Positions 1-8,538 are shown, counted from the stretch's first letter. The stretch is 64,000 nucleotides of DNA from an uncultured delta proteobacterium (GCA_963765675.1 CAVXXK010000004.1:229998-293997); one strand, 5' to 3'. Translations and numbers: made by a program. Notes: generated by a model from the letters alone, not told the origin.

Positions 1-367
1 CTCGATCCATTCGTTGAGAAAAATCTCGTTCTTCTTGTTGAAGCAGGCAAGCGCCTTCGGCGCGATCAGCTTGCGAAGCGCGCCGGCAGTCGCCGTCATT
101 CACCGCCTTGACATAAGCGTCGGCGAATTTGAGCTGGGCGGGCGTCGGCGGGAATTGTGGCACCGGTGGCTCTTCGGGTTCATCGTGACGCCGTAGTGTG
201 GGAGGAAGCGGATGGAGTGGTGGGGCGAAGCGAACCCCCGGCGGCAGCATGGGTCCGGGAATCGGCGTCGGGGAAGTCTGGGCGAAAGCCGGAGCGGAGG
301 CGAGCACAATCGCAATCGCGCCTATTGAGATTCTACGGCCGTTGTTCAACATCAATCGCAATCGCAT
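1..367 (-). CDS. Secreted Pro-rich hypothetical protein, truncated by the window edge; possible +1 frameshift near 88
   Basis: Manual translation MRLRLMLNNGRRISIGAIAIVLASAPAFAQTSPTPIPGPMLPP...QLKFADAYVKAVNDGD: signal peptide ending AFA|Q, then a Pro-rich linker. Not in the ORF track because no stop lies in the window. Confidence 0.6.
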   Translation of the reverse strand, partial: MRLRLMLNNGRRISIGAIAIVLASAPAFAQTSPTPIPGPMLPPGVRFAPPLHPLPPTLRRHDEPEEPPVPQFPPTPAQLKFADAYVKAVNDGDCRRASQADRAEGACLLQQEERDFSQRMDR

Positions 368-569
368 CTATAGAATAGTCCTGATGATGGTTTCGCGGCC
401 GATCTGCTTTGCCCCCAATCCGACTTGGAATCGAACGCGATGCGCCCGGCGCGCCACCCGACAATCTCCCGTAAACCGCCATCCACCGCAAGGTGATGTG
501 CCAGCCGGGGCAAGGGTAGATTTCAGGGCGCATCTTGAAATCCGGCGCGGTGCAGGCGATCAAATCTAC

Positions 570-1097
570 ATGGAGCGAATCTGGATCACGCGGCGCGCGA
601 TGAGCGGGCTGATTTTTCTTGCGGCAATTGCCGCTGCCGGATGCTGGCATCAGTCGCCCGAGGCCGCCGAGAAGGCGGAAATCTTAAAACAGTGCAACGC
701 TGGCGAGATTGATTGCGTCAGCCCTGCGGACTCGAAGACCACCATCAAGTGCCAGTCCGGTGACATGCCCTCGTGCCAGGCGCTGGCCGCGAAAAAATGC
801 GACCGCGGCGATCAGCACGTATGCCAATCGCTCGCGGTCATCTATTCGCAACTGCAGCCCCTGTGCACGGCAGGCAACAAGGCCGCATGTACCGACATGC
901 AGACCTCGTGGCCGGACCCCAGCTTCTGGCGCGTTGATTCGCAGCTCGCCGCGGCGCAGGCCGCGTGCAAGTCGGGCGATACGCAATCCTGCCAGGCGCT
1001 CGGCACGACGGTACATCCCGCGGGCGGCCGCCTCATATGGCTCCAGGACTACGTGAGCCCCGCCGCAGCGGCGTCTGCCAAGGCTCCCACTCAGTAA
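570..1097 (+). CDS. Cys-rich lipoprotein with Hcp/Sel1-like CxxG(D/N/E)xxxC repeats
   Basis: Lipobox-like LAAIAAAG|C; five Cys pairs (CNAGEIDC, CQSGDMPSC, CDRGDQHVC, CTAGNKAAC, CKSGDTQSC). Start 570 or 600 within ORF 198..1097. Confidence 0.7.
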   Translation: MERIWITRRAMSGLIFLAAIAAAGCWHQSPEAAEKAEILKQCNAGEIDCVSPADSKTTIKCQSGDMPSCQALAAKKCDRGDQHVCQSLAVIYSQLQPLCTAGNKAACTDMQTSWPDPSFWRVDSQLAAAQAACKSGDTQSCQALGTTVHPAGGRLIWLQDYVSPAAAASAKAPTQ

Positions 1098-1109
1098 CCT
1101 CCGTCAGGC

Positions 1110-2159
1110 TCAGACGGTATTGCGGCGCTTGTCAAACTCGATCGCGACGCGTTCGTCTTCAGCGCTCAGCGCCGCCGAATCGATGTCCGCGAACGAGAGC
1201 ACATTCATATCCGCGTAAGCCTTCTGCACCTTTGGGCCCCATAGGCCGATATCCTTTATCGCCGGGACGATCCGGGTGAACAATCCCGCGCGGAACTGCT
1301 GCATTCCCTCGGAGTTTTCCTCCCATTCGATACATTCCTTGACCGGCAGCCCCAGCCGCTCGTAGACATCCTGCGAGTTGAATCGATCGCGCATCGTGTA
1401 GCACGCCTCGACCACGAACTCCTCGCGCTCGTCGCGCTCCTTGTGGCTGAGATGCGGATAATACTCGCGCAGCGCCAGGCGTCCGAAAGCGACGTGACGC
1501 GCTTCGTCTTGCATCACGTAGGCATTGACCGCGGCGGCGAGCGGATTCTTCGCCATGTCGCGAATTCCGGCAAAGGCGGCCAGCGCCAGTCCCTCGATCA
1601 GCACCTGCATCCCGAGGTAGGTCATATCCCATCGCGAATCGCTGATGATTCCTTCGAGCAACGACTTCAGTGGCGGCGTGATCGGGTACACGATGTCGAA
1701 TTTCTCGTGCAGCAGGCGCGAATAAACCTCGACGTGGCGCGCCTCATCGATCACCTGGGTGGCAGCATAAAACTTGGCGTCGATATTGGGCACCTGCTGG
1801 ACGATCTTCGCGGTGCAGATCAGCGCGCCCTGCTCTCCATGCAGAAACTGCGACAGGTTATTGGCCTGATCGTGGCGGCGCAGCTCGGCGCGCTCCTTGG
1901 CGTTCATCCGGTTCCAGACTTCCGAACCGAAGATCGAAAGCGCCTCGTCCGGCATCTCTTCCGGGTTTTCGGGATCAAGATTCTGCGACCAGTCGATCCG
2001 GTTGGTCGCGTTCCATTGCAGGTTCTTGCCCTTCTCGTACAGGCGGCGCAGCGATTCGCTGCCGTCCTGGTATTCCCACTTGAAGGCGGAGTCGAACTTG
2101 CTCGGCACCGCCCATTCCAAGGCTTCGAGCGGCAGTTGATAACGTTCCTGTGTACTCAT
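1110..2159 (-). CDS. Ferritin-like diiron protein (AurF N-oxygenase-like family)
   Basis: QFLHGEQGAL...DEARH and IEGLAL...DEARH paired diiron motifs; AGGAG RBS. Confidence 0.85.
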   Translation of the reverse strand: MSTQERYQLPLEALEWAVPSKFDSAFKWEYQDGSESLRRLYEKGKNLQWNATNRIDWSQNLDPENPEEMPDEALSIFGSEVWNRMNAKERAELRRHDQANNLSQFLHGEQGALICTAKIVQQVPNIDAKFYAATQVIDEARHVEVYSRLLHEKFDIVYPITPPLKSLLEGIISDSRWDMTYLGMQVLIEGLALAAFAGIRDMAKNPLAAAVNAYVMQDEARHVAFGRLALREYYPHLSHKERDEREEFVVEACYTMRDRFNSQDVYERLGLPVKECIEWEENSEGMQQFRAGLFTRIVPAIKDIGLWGPKVQKAYADMNVLSFADIDSAALSAEDERVAIEFDKRRNTV

Positions 2160-2195
2160 TGGCTGCTCCTGTTATTACTCAGTTACTATTATGCT

Positions 2196-3440
2196 TCATT
2201 GGACGGAATCGACCGCGTTTGCGCGCGCGATTCGCCCCAGATGCTCCGCGCTTGGATGCACGATTCGGCGCTGCGTCGCGCGATCGACCGCAATCAGGCC
2301 GAAAGTCGGCCGGTAACCCAATAGCCATTCGTAGTTGTCCAGCATCGACCAGTAGAAAAATCCCCGCACGTCGATCCCGTCACGGATACATCCGAGAACC
2401 CCGTCGAGCGCGCCATCGATAAACGCGACCCGTCTCGAATCGTCGCCCGCCGCGATTCCGTTTTCGGTCACGATTATCGGAACCTTCGGCGCTGCGGCAG
2501 CCGCGCGCCGAATCGCGGCCGAAAGCGCTTGCGGCCGGAATTCGTAGCCCATCAGGGTCAGTTCGGCGCCGGGTTCCGGAGCAAGCCGCCCCTTCGGGCC
2601 AAGGCGCTGTCGCGTGTAGTTCTGAACGCCGATAAAATCGTCGGCGCGCGCGGCTTCAAGGAAAGGCCTCTCGGCCGCCAGCGCCGCGTCGAGCAGCGCC
2701 TCGCCGCCGGGCGCCGCCTCATATTCTTCCATCGCAACCGTCATCCCGATCGGGAACTTGCCGCGTCCCGAGCGCAACGCCTGCGCGCCCAAGCGATGCC
2801 CTCGCAGCATCACGTCGAGGCAGATCGTCCGGGTGCAGAATGGGAACGCGGAAAATCCCTCGGGCGCGACTCCAGCCGCCCAAGCCGCGGCCCCGCGCAA
2901 TCGCGAACGCGCTATTTTCTCATCCGGCGCGATAAGGCCGGTCGTCTGCAGCATCTGCACCGAGTTAAGCTCGTTGATCGTGCATGCGGACGAGATCAAG
3001 TCGCCCAGCTCGCGAGCGACGCGCTCGCAATAGCGCGCGAAAAGCTCTGCAGTATCGGCAGCTTCCCACCCACCCTGCGCCGCGATCCATCGCGGGCTGG
3101 TGAAGTGATGCAGCGTCACCATCGGCGCGATGCGATGCTCATGGCAGGTGGCGAGGACGCGCCGGTAATGCTCGAGCGCGGCGGCTGAGAATTCGCCCGG
3201 CTCAGGCTCGACGCGCGCCCATTCGATACTGAAGCGATACGAGTTGAAGCCGAGCCCCGCCAGCAGCGAGATATCGTCGCGGTAGAGATGATACTGGTCG
3301 CAGGCGTCGCCGGACGGTTCGACGAACGGAGTAGGCTTCACATGTTCGAGCAGCCAGCAATCGCTGTTCGAGTTGCCGCCTTCGACCTGATGGGCGGCGG
3401 TAGCAGTGCCCCACAAGAAGTTTTCTGGAAATTTCGTCAT
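2196..3440 (-). CDS. Glycoside hydrolase family 1 (beta-glucosidase)
   Basis: FPENFLWGTATAAHQVEG, YRFSIEWARVEP, TINE acid/base, VTENG nucleophile, WSMLDNYEW; true start MTKFP at 3440. Confidence 0.95.
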   Translation of the reverse strand: MTKFPENFLWGTATAAHQVEGGNSNSDCWLLEHVKPTPFVEPSGDACDQYHLYRDDISLLAGLGFNSYRFSIEWARVEPEPGEFSAAALEHYRRVLATCHEHRIAPMVTLHHFTSPRWIAAQGGWEAADTAELFARYCERVARELGDLISSACTINELNSVQMLQTTGLIAPDEKIARSRLRGAAAWAAGVAPEGFSAFPFCTRTICLDVMLRGHRLGAQALRSGRGKFPIGMTVAMEEYEAAPGGEALLDAALAAERPFLEAARADDFIGVQNYTRQRLGPKGRLAPEPGAELTLMGYEFRPQALSAAIRRAAAAAPKVPIIVTENGIAAGDDSRRVAFIDGALDGVLGCIRDGIDVRGFFYWSMLDNYEWLLGYRPTFGLIAVDRATQRRIVHPSAEHLGRIARANAVDSVQ

Positions 3441-3460
3441 CGATAATTCCACCGCAACTG

Positions 3461-3910
3461 TTACGGTGCGGGCGGCCCCATCGCCGCGATGATGCAGCCC
3501 TTCGCGGCAAGCTCTTTCGCCAGCGCGCGCCGCGTGTCGATCACGCTCTGGAGCCGATGTGCGCGATAGGCCTTCACCTCGGCGGCGGTGTAGGGCTTGA
3601 AATCCGGCGGCAGCTCGGCGCGGCTGAACGTATCGAGCATCCAATTGAGGATCGTTGCGGTCTGCGCATCGTCGAGCGCAGAATTTTCGACTCCCGGCAC
3701 CTGCACCAGGTACGCGCGTCCCTCCGGAATCCTCAGAAAATATCCCATCGAATGCGCAAGGCGCGGCACCGTGCCCGGAATTCCCTTCGCTCCCGCACCG
3801 TGACATCCCCAGCAGTTGAGCGTGTACAGCTCCGCCGGGGATTCCGCGCGCGCCAAAAGCGGCGCTGCAAATATCGCCGCGACCGTCAGGATCGCCAGAG
3901 CGCGGCGCAT
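3461..3910 (-). CDS. Periplasmic monoheme cytochrome c (paralog 2, short distal loop)
   Basis: Signal peptide MRRALAILTVAAIFAAPLLARA, CWGCH heme motif; start at 3910 within ORF 3461..4576. Confidence 0.9.
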   Translation of the reverse strand: MRRALAILTVAAIFAAPLLARAESPAELYTLNCWGCHGAGAKGIPGTVPRLAHSMGYFLRIPEGRAYLVQVPGVENSALDDAQTATILNWMLDTFSRAELPPDFKPYTAAEVKAYRAHRLQSVIDTRRALAKELAAKGCIIAAMGPPAP

Positions 3911-3912
3911 CG

Positions 3913-4425
3913 CTAATGCGCCTTCATCGCGGACGGCGCACTGGCGGCGACGCCTGCCGGCTTCACGATCGTCTCGCGCTCGGCGCGCACTTGATCGAAG
4001 CTCAGATGCGTCGCGCGCAGATGCTTTACTTCGGCGGCGGTGTAGGGTTTGAAATCGGCGGGCAAAATCTTCGGATTGAAGGTCGTGAGGATATAGTTCA
4101 GCACCGCCGCGACATCCGCGTCGCTGAGCTGCGTCCACGGCTGCATTAACCCATTGTATTCGGTGCCGTCCGACTCGATCGTTCCGGTCATCCCGAACGA
4201 CACCACCTGCACCAGGTATGCGCGGCCGGCCTGCGTACGAACGTAGTTGCCGACGGTGCCGGCGAGCGACGGGTAGGTTTCCGGAACGCCCCTCCCGTTG
4301 TTCTGGTGGCAGACAGCGCAATTCGCCGCGAACACACTCGCGCCCGAGGCGCGCGCCGTTCCACCGAGCGGCAGCATCAGCAGAATTGCGATCAGGATTG
4401 ACCACCGATTTCTCCCCGGCTTCAT
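3913..4425 (-). CDS. Periplasmic class I cytochrome c (paralog 1)
   Basis: Signal peptide, CAVCH, YNGLMQPW distal Met, LSDADVAAVLNYI helix. Confidence 0.92.
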   Translation of the reverse strand: MKPGRNRWSILIAILLMLPLGGTARASGASVFAANCAVCHQNNGRGVPETYPSLAGTVGNYVRTQAGRAYLVQVVSFGMTGTIESDGTEYNGLMQPWTQLSDADVAAVLNYILTTFNPKILPADFKPYTAAEVKHLRATHLSFDQVRAERETIVKPAGVAASAPSAMKAH

Positions 4426-5051
4426 CTCGACGGCGTGGAGGTCGGACGCGCGTGCTGATGCGCCGCGTGCAGATATTCCTGGATTGACGCGACCCCGCGT
4501 TCCTTGGCTTCGAGCAAGCTCTCCAGATGCTCGCGCGTGTTGATAAGGCCCTTGGCGCGCACGATTCCCGCCTCATCGATCAACACGGCGTATGGCAGTT
4601 TGGCGACGCGATAGGTCATCCCGAGCTCCTGCGAAAGCACATAGGGAAACTCGCCCAGGTTTTGCGCGGCGACGAAGCGCTCGTGCTCTTCGCGCTCGCC
4701 GTCGCTGGCGAGAAAAATTTGCAGCGCCTGTCCGCCCGAGGCATTGAAGGACTTCAGAATCGGCAACATCTTCTTGCACACCGGACAGGTCGGCGAAAGA
4801 AAAAACAGCAGTGTGCCGAGTCCGCGTGCGTTCGGACCGCCAATCATCACCGGACGGCGGCGCAGATCGGCAAGCTCGAAAATCGGCGCGGCCTCGCCTT
4901 CCTTGGGACCTTTATCGATCGTGAGCGCGCCCATCGGCGCGACCCGCTCGTGCAGCACGCCGATCTGGCGCAAGAGCGCGAGCTGCAATCCCGCCATCAC
5001 GATCATCAGGATCCACAGCACGACCTGCGATATGAGGAGTGCGTGCGACAT
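4422..5051 (-). CDS. mauD: Methylamine dehydrogenase accessory protein MauD (thioredoxin-like)
   Basis: N-terminal TM, LLRQIGVLHERVAPMGAL, SPTCPVCK, KGLINTREHLESL, SIQEYL. Confidence 0.93.
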   Translation of the reverse strand: MSHALLISQVVLWILMIVMAGLQLALLRQIGVLHERVAPMGALTIDKGPKEGEAAPIFELADLRRRPVMIGGPNARGLGTLLFFLSPTCPVCKKMLPILKSFNASGGQALQIFLASDGEREEHERFVAAQNLGEFPYVLSQELGMTYRVAKLPYAVLIDEAGIVRAKGLINTREHLESLLEAKERGVASIQEYLHAAHQHARPTSTPSR

Positions 5052-5052
5052 C

Positions 5053-5589
5053 TCAAAGCATCTCAAGAGCGCGCGTTCGCGGTGCGTTGGCGATCGCGTA
5101 ATTGGCGCTTAAATACAGCATAACCAGCGTGACGGCGCCGCACGCGATCGTCACAAAATCGACCGGTTCGAGCGCGCGCGGAGCGTTCGGAAGCTCGAGC
5201 AGGAGAGCGGCGGCTATCAAAACTAGATTGCGCACCAGGAGCGACCCGCCCAGCTCCTGGCGGAGCGCCGGGCCGAAGCATCCGCAATCGATATCGCGCC
5301 GTCCTCGGACGAGGTTGACTGCGATCGCGCCACAGAAGACTCCGAGTAGAATCATCAGGGCGGCAGCGGCGGCAGCTCGCGTCGAGGTAAACAAAATTCC
5401 TGCGGCGCAGGCCGATTCGCAAAGCGGCACTGCCCACGCGATCGGCCTCTCGAGCCAGCCCGGGACGAGACGATAATTCGCGACCGCGCCCTCGAACAGA
5501 TCGAGGTCGACGAACTTCGCGGCCGCGGATCCGGCGAAGATCGCCGCAAGCGCAATCGCGACCAGGTACTGGATAGCGGGATCGAGCAC
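5053..5589 (-). CDS. mauE: Methylamine utilisation membrane protein MauE
   Basis: Multi-TM, NLVRGRRDIDCGCFG and RNL motifs; directly upstream of mauD; GTG start. Confidence 0.92.
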   Translation of the reverse strand: MLDPAIQYLVAIALAAIFAGSAAAKFVDLDLFEGAVANYRLVPGWLERPIAWAVPLCESACAAGILFTSTRAAAAAALMILLGVFCGAIAVNLVRGRRDIDCGCFGPALRQELGGSLLVRNLVLIAAALLLELPNAPRALEPVDFVTIACGAVTLVMLYLSANYAIANAPRTRALEML

Positions 5590-5596
5590 TCGGGCG

Positions 5597-5637
5597 AGTA
5601 ATAACCCAAAGCGCGATTACTGATCAAGCCTGATCAA
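5597..5637 (-). promoter_or_regulatory. Candidate promoter/operator of mauE
   Basis: Direct repeat CTGATCAA at 5620 and 5630; inverted repeat AGTAAT(5597)-N13-ATTACT(5616); minus strand TTGATC-17bp-TTATTA close to the GTG with no SD. Confidence 0.35.
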
Positions 5638-5711
5638 ACGGTCAGAGCGTCATGTGAAACGGCGAATCTGGCCGGCGACGAATCATTAGTCGCAGGATCG
5701 CCCTTGCGCGG

Positions 5712-6350
5712 TCAGCCGGTCGCGACCGGATCGGCTTCGAGACCGGCCAGATTGCGGATACTGGGCCGCTCGAGCATCCGCTTCAGCCACGCATCGACCT
5801 GCGCATGATTGCCGATCGTGTCGATGCCAAGATGCGGCAGCACCAGCAGGCGCGGCGCGAACGCGATATCGGCGACCGAAAATTCTCCCGCCAGGAATTG
5901 CTGTCCCTGGAGTTGCTGCTCGAGGTAGATGAGCACGCGCTCGACCCCCTGATGCAGCCGTTGGATCCGGTTCTGGTCGCGTTCGCCCTCGGGCTTGGCT
6001 ACCTCTGAAATCAACTGGCCGACCTGCGGGGTAAAGGAAGTGTCGGCAAAGTCCTCGAAGGTGCGCGCGCGCGAGCGCAGTGCGCTCGCGCCAACGGCGG
6101 GCAGAACCGGAGGCTCGGGATATTCGTCCTCGAGATACTCGTTGATGATCGTCGAATCGTAAATCGTGGTGTCGTCGTCCACCAGTACCGGCACGCGGCC
6201 GAACGGGTTGAGCCGCAGGAATTCCTGCTTGCGATGCTCTCCGCCGGCGAGATCGACCGTCACGAGGTCGTAGGTGAGACTCTTTTCGGCCAGCACGATT
6301 CGCACCTTCTGGCCATAAGGGCAGGACAGGAAGTCGTAGAGTTTGATCAT
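5712..6350 (-). CDS. Glutathione S-transferase family protein (SspA-like)
   Basis: SCPYGQKVRIVLAEK, LNPFGRVPVL, DSTIINEYLED, FSVADI; 13 bp after rplI. Confidence 0.9.
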   Translation of the reverse strand: MIKLYDFLSCPYGQKVRIVLAEKSLTYDLVTVDLAGGEHRKQEFLRLNPFGRVPVLVDDDTTIYDSTIINEYLEDEYPEPPVLPAVGASALRSRARTFEDFADTSFTPQVGQLISEVAKPEGERDQNRIQRLHQGVERVLIYLEQQLQGQQFLAGEFSVADIAFAPRLLVLPHLGIDTIGNHAQVDAWLKRMLERPSIRNLAGLEADPVATG

Positions 6351-6363
6351 ATCGGGCAAAGCC

Positions 6364-6813
6364 TCATTCCGCCGCAACCTGTAACTTCAAGCTCGCCTCA
6401 ACCTCCGCGTCGAGCTTGATCGGGACCGTGAAATCGCCGAGCGCCTTGATCGGCTCGGGAAGGATGATCTTGCGCCGCTGGAGGTCGAAGCCCCGGGCGC
6501 GCAGCGCGCGTTCAATATCAATATTGGTGACCGAGCCGAACAGCTTGCCTTCCTCTCCGGCGCGCGCCTTGATTTCGAGGACGATCGCCTCGATCTTCTC
6601 CTTGATCGTCATCGAGAGGGTCTTCTGCCGCTCGCGCTTGACCATCGCGGTGGCCTTCTGATGCTCGAAGGCGCGCAGGTTCCTGGGGTTCGCCTCGACA
6701 GCGAGCGCGCGCGGCAGCAGGTAGTTGCGTGCAAAGCCGGCGCGGACCTTGACCACGTCGCCGGTGCGGCCGAGATTGGGAACGTCTTCGTTGAGAATCA
6801 GTTGCACATTCAT
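6364..6813 (-). CDS. rplI: 50S ribosomal protein L9
   Basis: LGRTGDVVKVRAGFARNYLLP, GKLFGSVT, PIKALG. Confidence 0.99.
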   Translation of the reverse strand: MNVQLILNEDVPNLGRTGDVVKVRAGFARNYLLPRALAVEANPRNLRAFEHQKATAMVKRERQKTLSMTIKEKIEAIVLEIKARAGEEGKLFGSVTNIDIERALRARGFDLQRRKIILPEPIKALGDFTVPIKLDAEVEASLKLQVAAE

Positions 6814-6845
6814 AGCTTGTTAGCGCCTCGCTCGCGCGCCCTCTT

Positions 6846-7817
6846 TTAGAGAAAATCCCCGTAGTTGCCGGCTTCCTGACGCGGCGGCTTGAGCCGCCGG
6901 AAGTCGATCCACATATCGAAAACTCCGGCTACGCAAACCACCGCTGCCACTACCGGCTGAACGATCGTGATGAAATAAATTACGCCGCGGACGATCACCG
7001 GCACCGACAACGACTGGAAATAAAACCCCATGATCGCGAGCCCCTGGCAGAAGTAGATCGCCGCGAACAGCAGGAACCCGTTGAGTGCGATATCGCCGAT
7101 CGCATGGATAGGAGCCAGCATTCCGAACCCGGTCGCGATCAGGCCCCAGATGAGCCATTCCGGCGCCGACCATTTGGACAGATCGGCGAACAGCGGATAG
7201 GCGAGTTTGTTCTTGCCACCCCAGCGCCAGAACAGGCGCAGATTTACTAATATCGCGAACCCCGCCAGCATCGCGGCGAGCGCTGGAGAAATTCGCATGA
7301 TCACGGAGAGGAGTTCCGCCTGCGTGTCCGCCGGGAGCGCGTTGGGCATCCCCATCGCGCGGTACATCTCCTGTCCGTGCGCCATCCCTGCCGCGAGTTG
7401 CGCCTGGACCGCGTTCGCAATCCCGGCCGGAGTACCGAACATCGCAAGCGCCGCGATCGCGCCGACGACCAGCATCGTCCCCGCGCCTGCGATCACGATC
7501 ATCTCGAACGGACGGCGCCGCTCGAGCGTCCAGGCCATCACCACCGTCGCCAGGCCGAGGCTCAGCAGATAGCCGCCCGCGCCCTCAAGTCCGCCAACGA
7601 TCGCGATCAGCACGGCGACCACCACGACTGAAATCGCGACGCGCAGTTCGGCGCGCGCGCGGCCGACGGCATAGAGCAGGATCGGCAGCGGCGCCAACAA
7701 CATCGCGAAAGCGCCGAAAAACGGGATGAGGCCGCCGGCGAGAAACAGCACCGCGGCCAGGGCGCACGCCCGGGTCATCGGGATTATTTCCCTGCCGATT
7801 ATTTCCTTGCGCGTCAC
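6846..7817 (-). CDS. YybS/DUF2232 family membrane protein
   Basis: Polytopic; YFCQGLAI and GVFDMWIDFRR C-terminal motifs; located between rpsR and rplI; GTG 7817 with GGAG RBS (alternative ATG 7779). Confidence 0.88.
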   Translation of the reverse strand: MTRKEIIGREIIPMTRACALAAVLFLAGGLIPFFGAFAMLLAPLPILLYAVGRARAELRVAISVVVVAVLIAIVGGLEGAGGYLLSLGLATVVMAWTLERRRPFEMIVIAGAGTMLVVGAIAALAMFGTPAGIANAVQAQLAAGMAHGQEMYRAMGMPNALPADTQAELLSVIMRISPALAAMLAGFAILVNLRLFWRWGGKNKLAYPLFADLSKWSAPEWLIWGLIATGFGMLAPIHAIGDIALNGFLLFAAIYFCQGLAIMGFYFQSLSVPVIVRGVIYFITIVQPVVAAVVCVAGVFDMWIDFRRLKPPRQEAGNYGDFL

Positions 7818-7827
7818 TGATGCTCCG

Positions 7828-8187
7828 TCAGACTCCCAGGGTCGAGAACGGGAGCAGCGCGAGCACGCGCGCGCGTTTGATCGCGATCGCGAGCTGGCGC
7901 TGATGCTTGGCGCAATTGCCCGAGGTGCGGCTGGGAACAATCTTGCCGCCTTCGGTGATAAAGCTGCCGAGCGTGCGCACGTCCTTGTAATCGACCTTCA
8001 ATGTCTTGTCGGCGCAGAAGCGGCATACCTTGCGCCGTCCGCCCGGCCGCCGGCGCATCCCGCCGCGTCCGTCGCCACCGCGCTCACCGCCGCGATCTCC
8101 GTCGGGACGCGGACCGCGCCCGCCACCGCGCGAGCCTTCGTCGTTGCGCGGCCGGTCGCCGCCTTGATCCATTCTATCGTCTGCCAT
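7828..8187 (-). CDS. rpsR: 30S ribosomal protein S18 (Zn-binding form) with RGG-rich N-terminal extension
   Basis: [42 protein letters not shown]. Confidence 0.99.
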   Translation of the reverse strand: MADDRMDQGGDRPRNDEGSRGGGRGPRPDGDRGGERGGDGRGGMRRRPGGRRKVCRFCADKTLKVDYKDVRTLGSFITEGGKIVPSRTSGNCAKHQRQLAIAIKRARVLALLPFSTLGV

Positions 8188-8247
8188 TGCGATTCCTTAA
8201 TTACTATTTCGCAGCCGGCGTCAGGATGATCCCGATTCCGGCGGTTG

Positions 8248-8538
8248 TTATGCCTGTGCGCGAGCCTCGATTCGGCTTGCGACTACCTCGATTCCCGCCG
8301 TCCCTATCGCTCGCGACGCCGCGGCCCTGAGCCGCCCCGAAACCGCGACGACGGCGCCGCGCTTGAGCTCAGCGGCAATCTCGCGCGCCGCTTCCCCCGT
8401 CATCACCACTTCGAGGCACAGCTTTTCGGCTGGCTCGGCACACTCGACACTGAAGTTCAAAACGGGTGTGCCGGCCGGGGTGACCCGAAGCTCCGGGGTG
8501 CGCGTCACGCGGCCCGTAAGCTCAATTCTGGTCGCCAC
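8248..8538 (-). CDS. priB: Primosomal protein PriB / short SSB-like OB-fold protein
   Basis: IELTGRVTRTPELRVTPAGTPVLNF (RxTPAG motif), ~96 aa, no SSB acidic tail, between rpsF and rpsR; GTG start overlaps the rpsF 3' end. Confidence 0.75.
   Translation of the reverse strand: MATRIELTGRVTRTPELRVTPAGTPVLNFSVECAEPAEKLCLEVVMTGEAAREIAAELKRGAVVAVSGRLRAAASRAIGTAGIEVVASRIEARAQA

Noticed and set aside
570-1097. Cys-rich lipoprotein as the missing MauA
   Set aside because: No Tat signal or MauA Cys/Trp pattern; it has a lipobox and helical repeat motifs instead.
2196-4576. Apparent GH1 or cytochrome fusions from extended ORFs 2196..3806 and 3461..4576
   Set aside because: The extensions are off-frame read-through over neighbouring genes; real starts are at 3440 and 3910.
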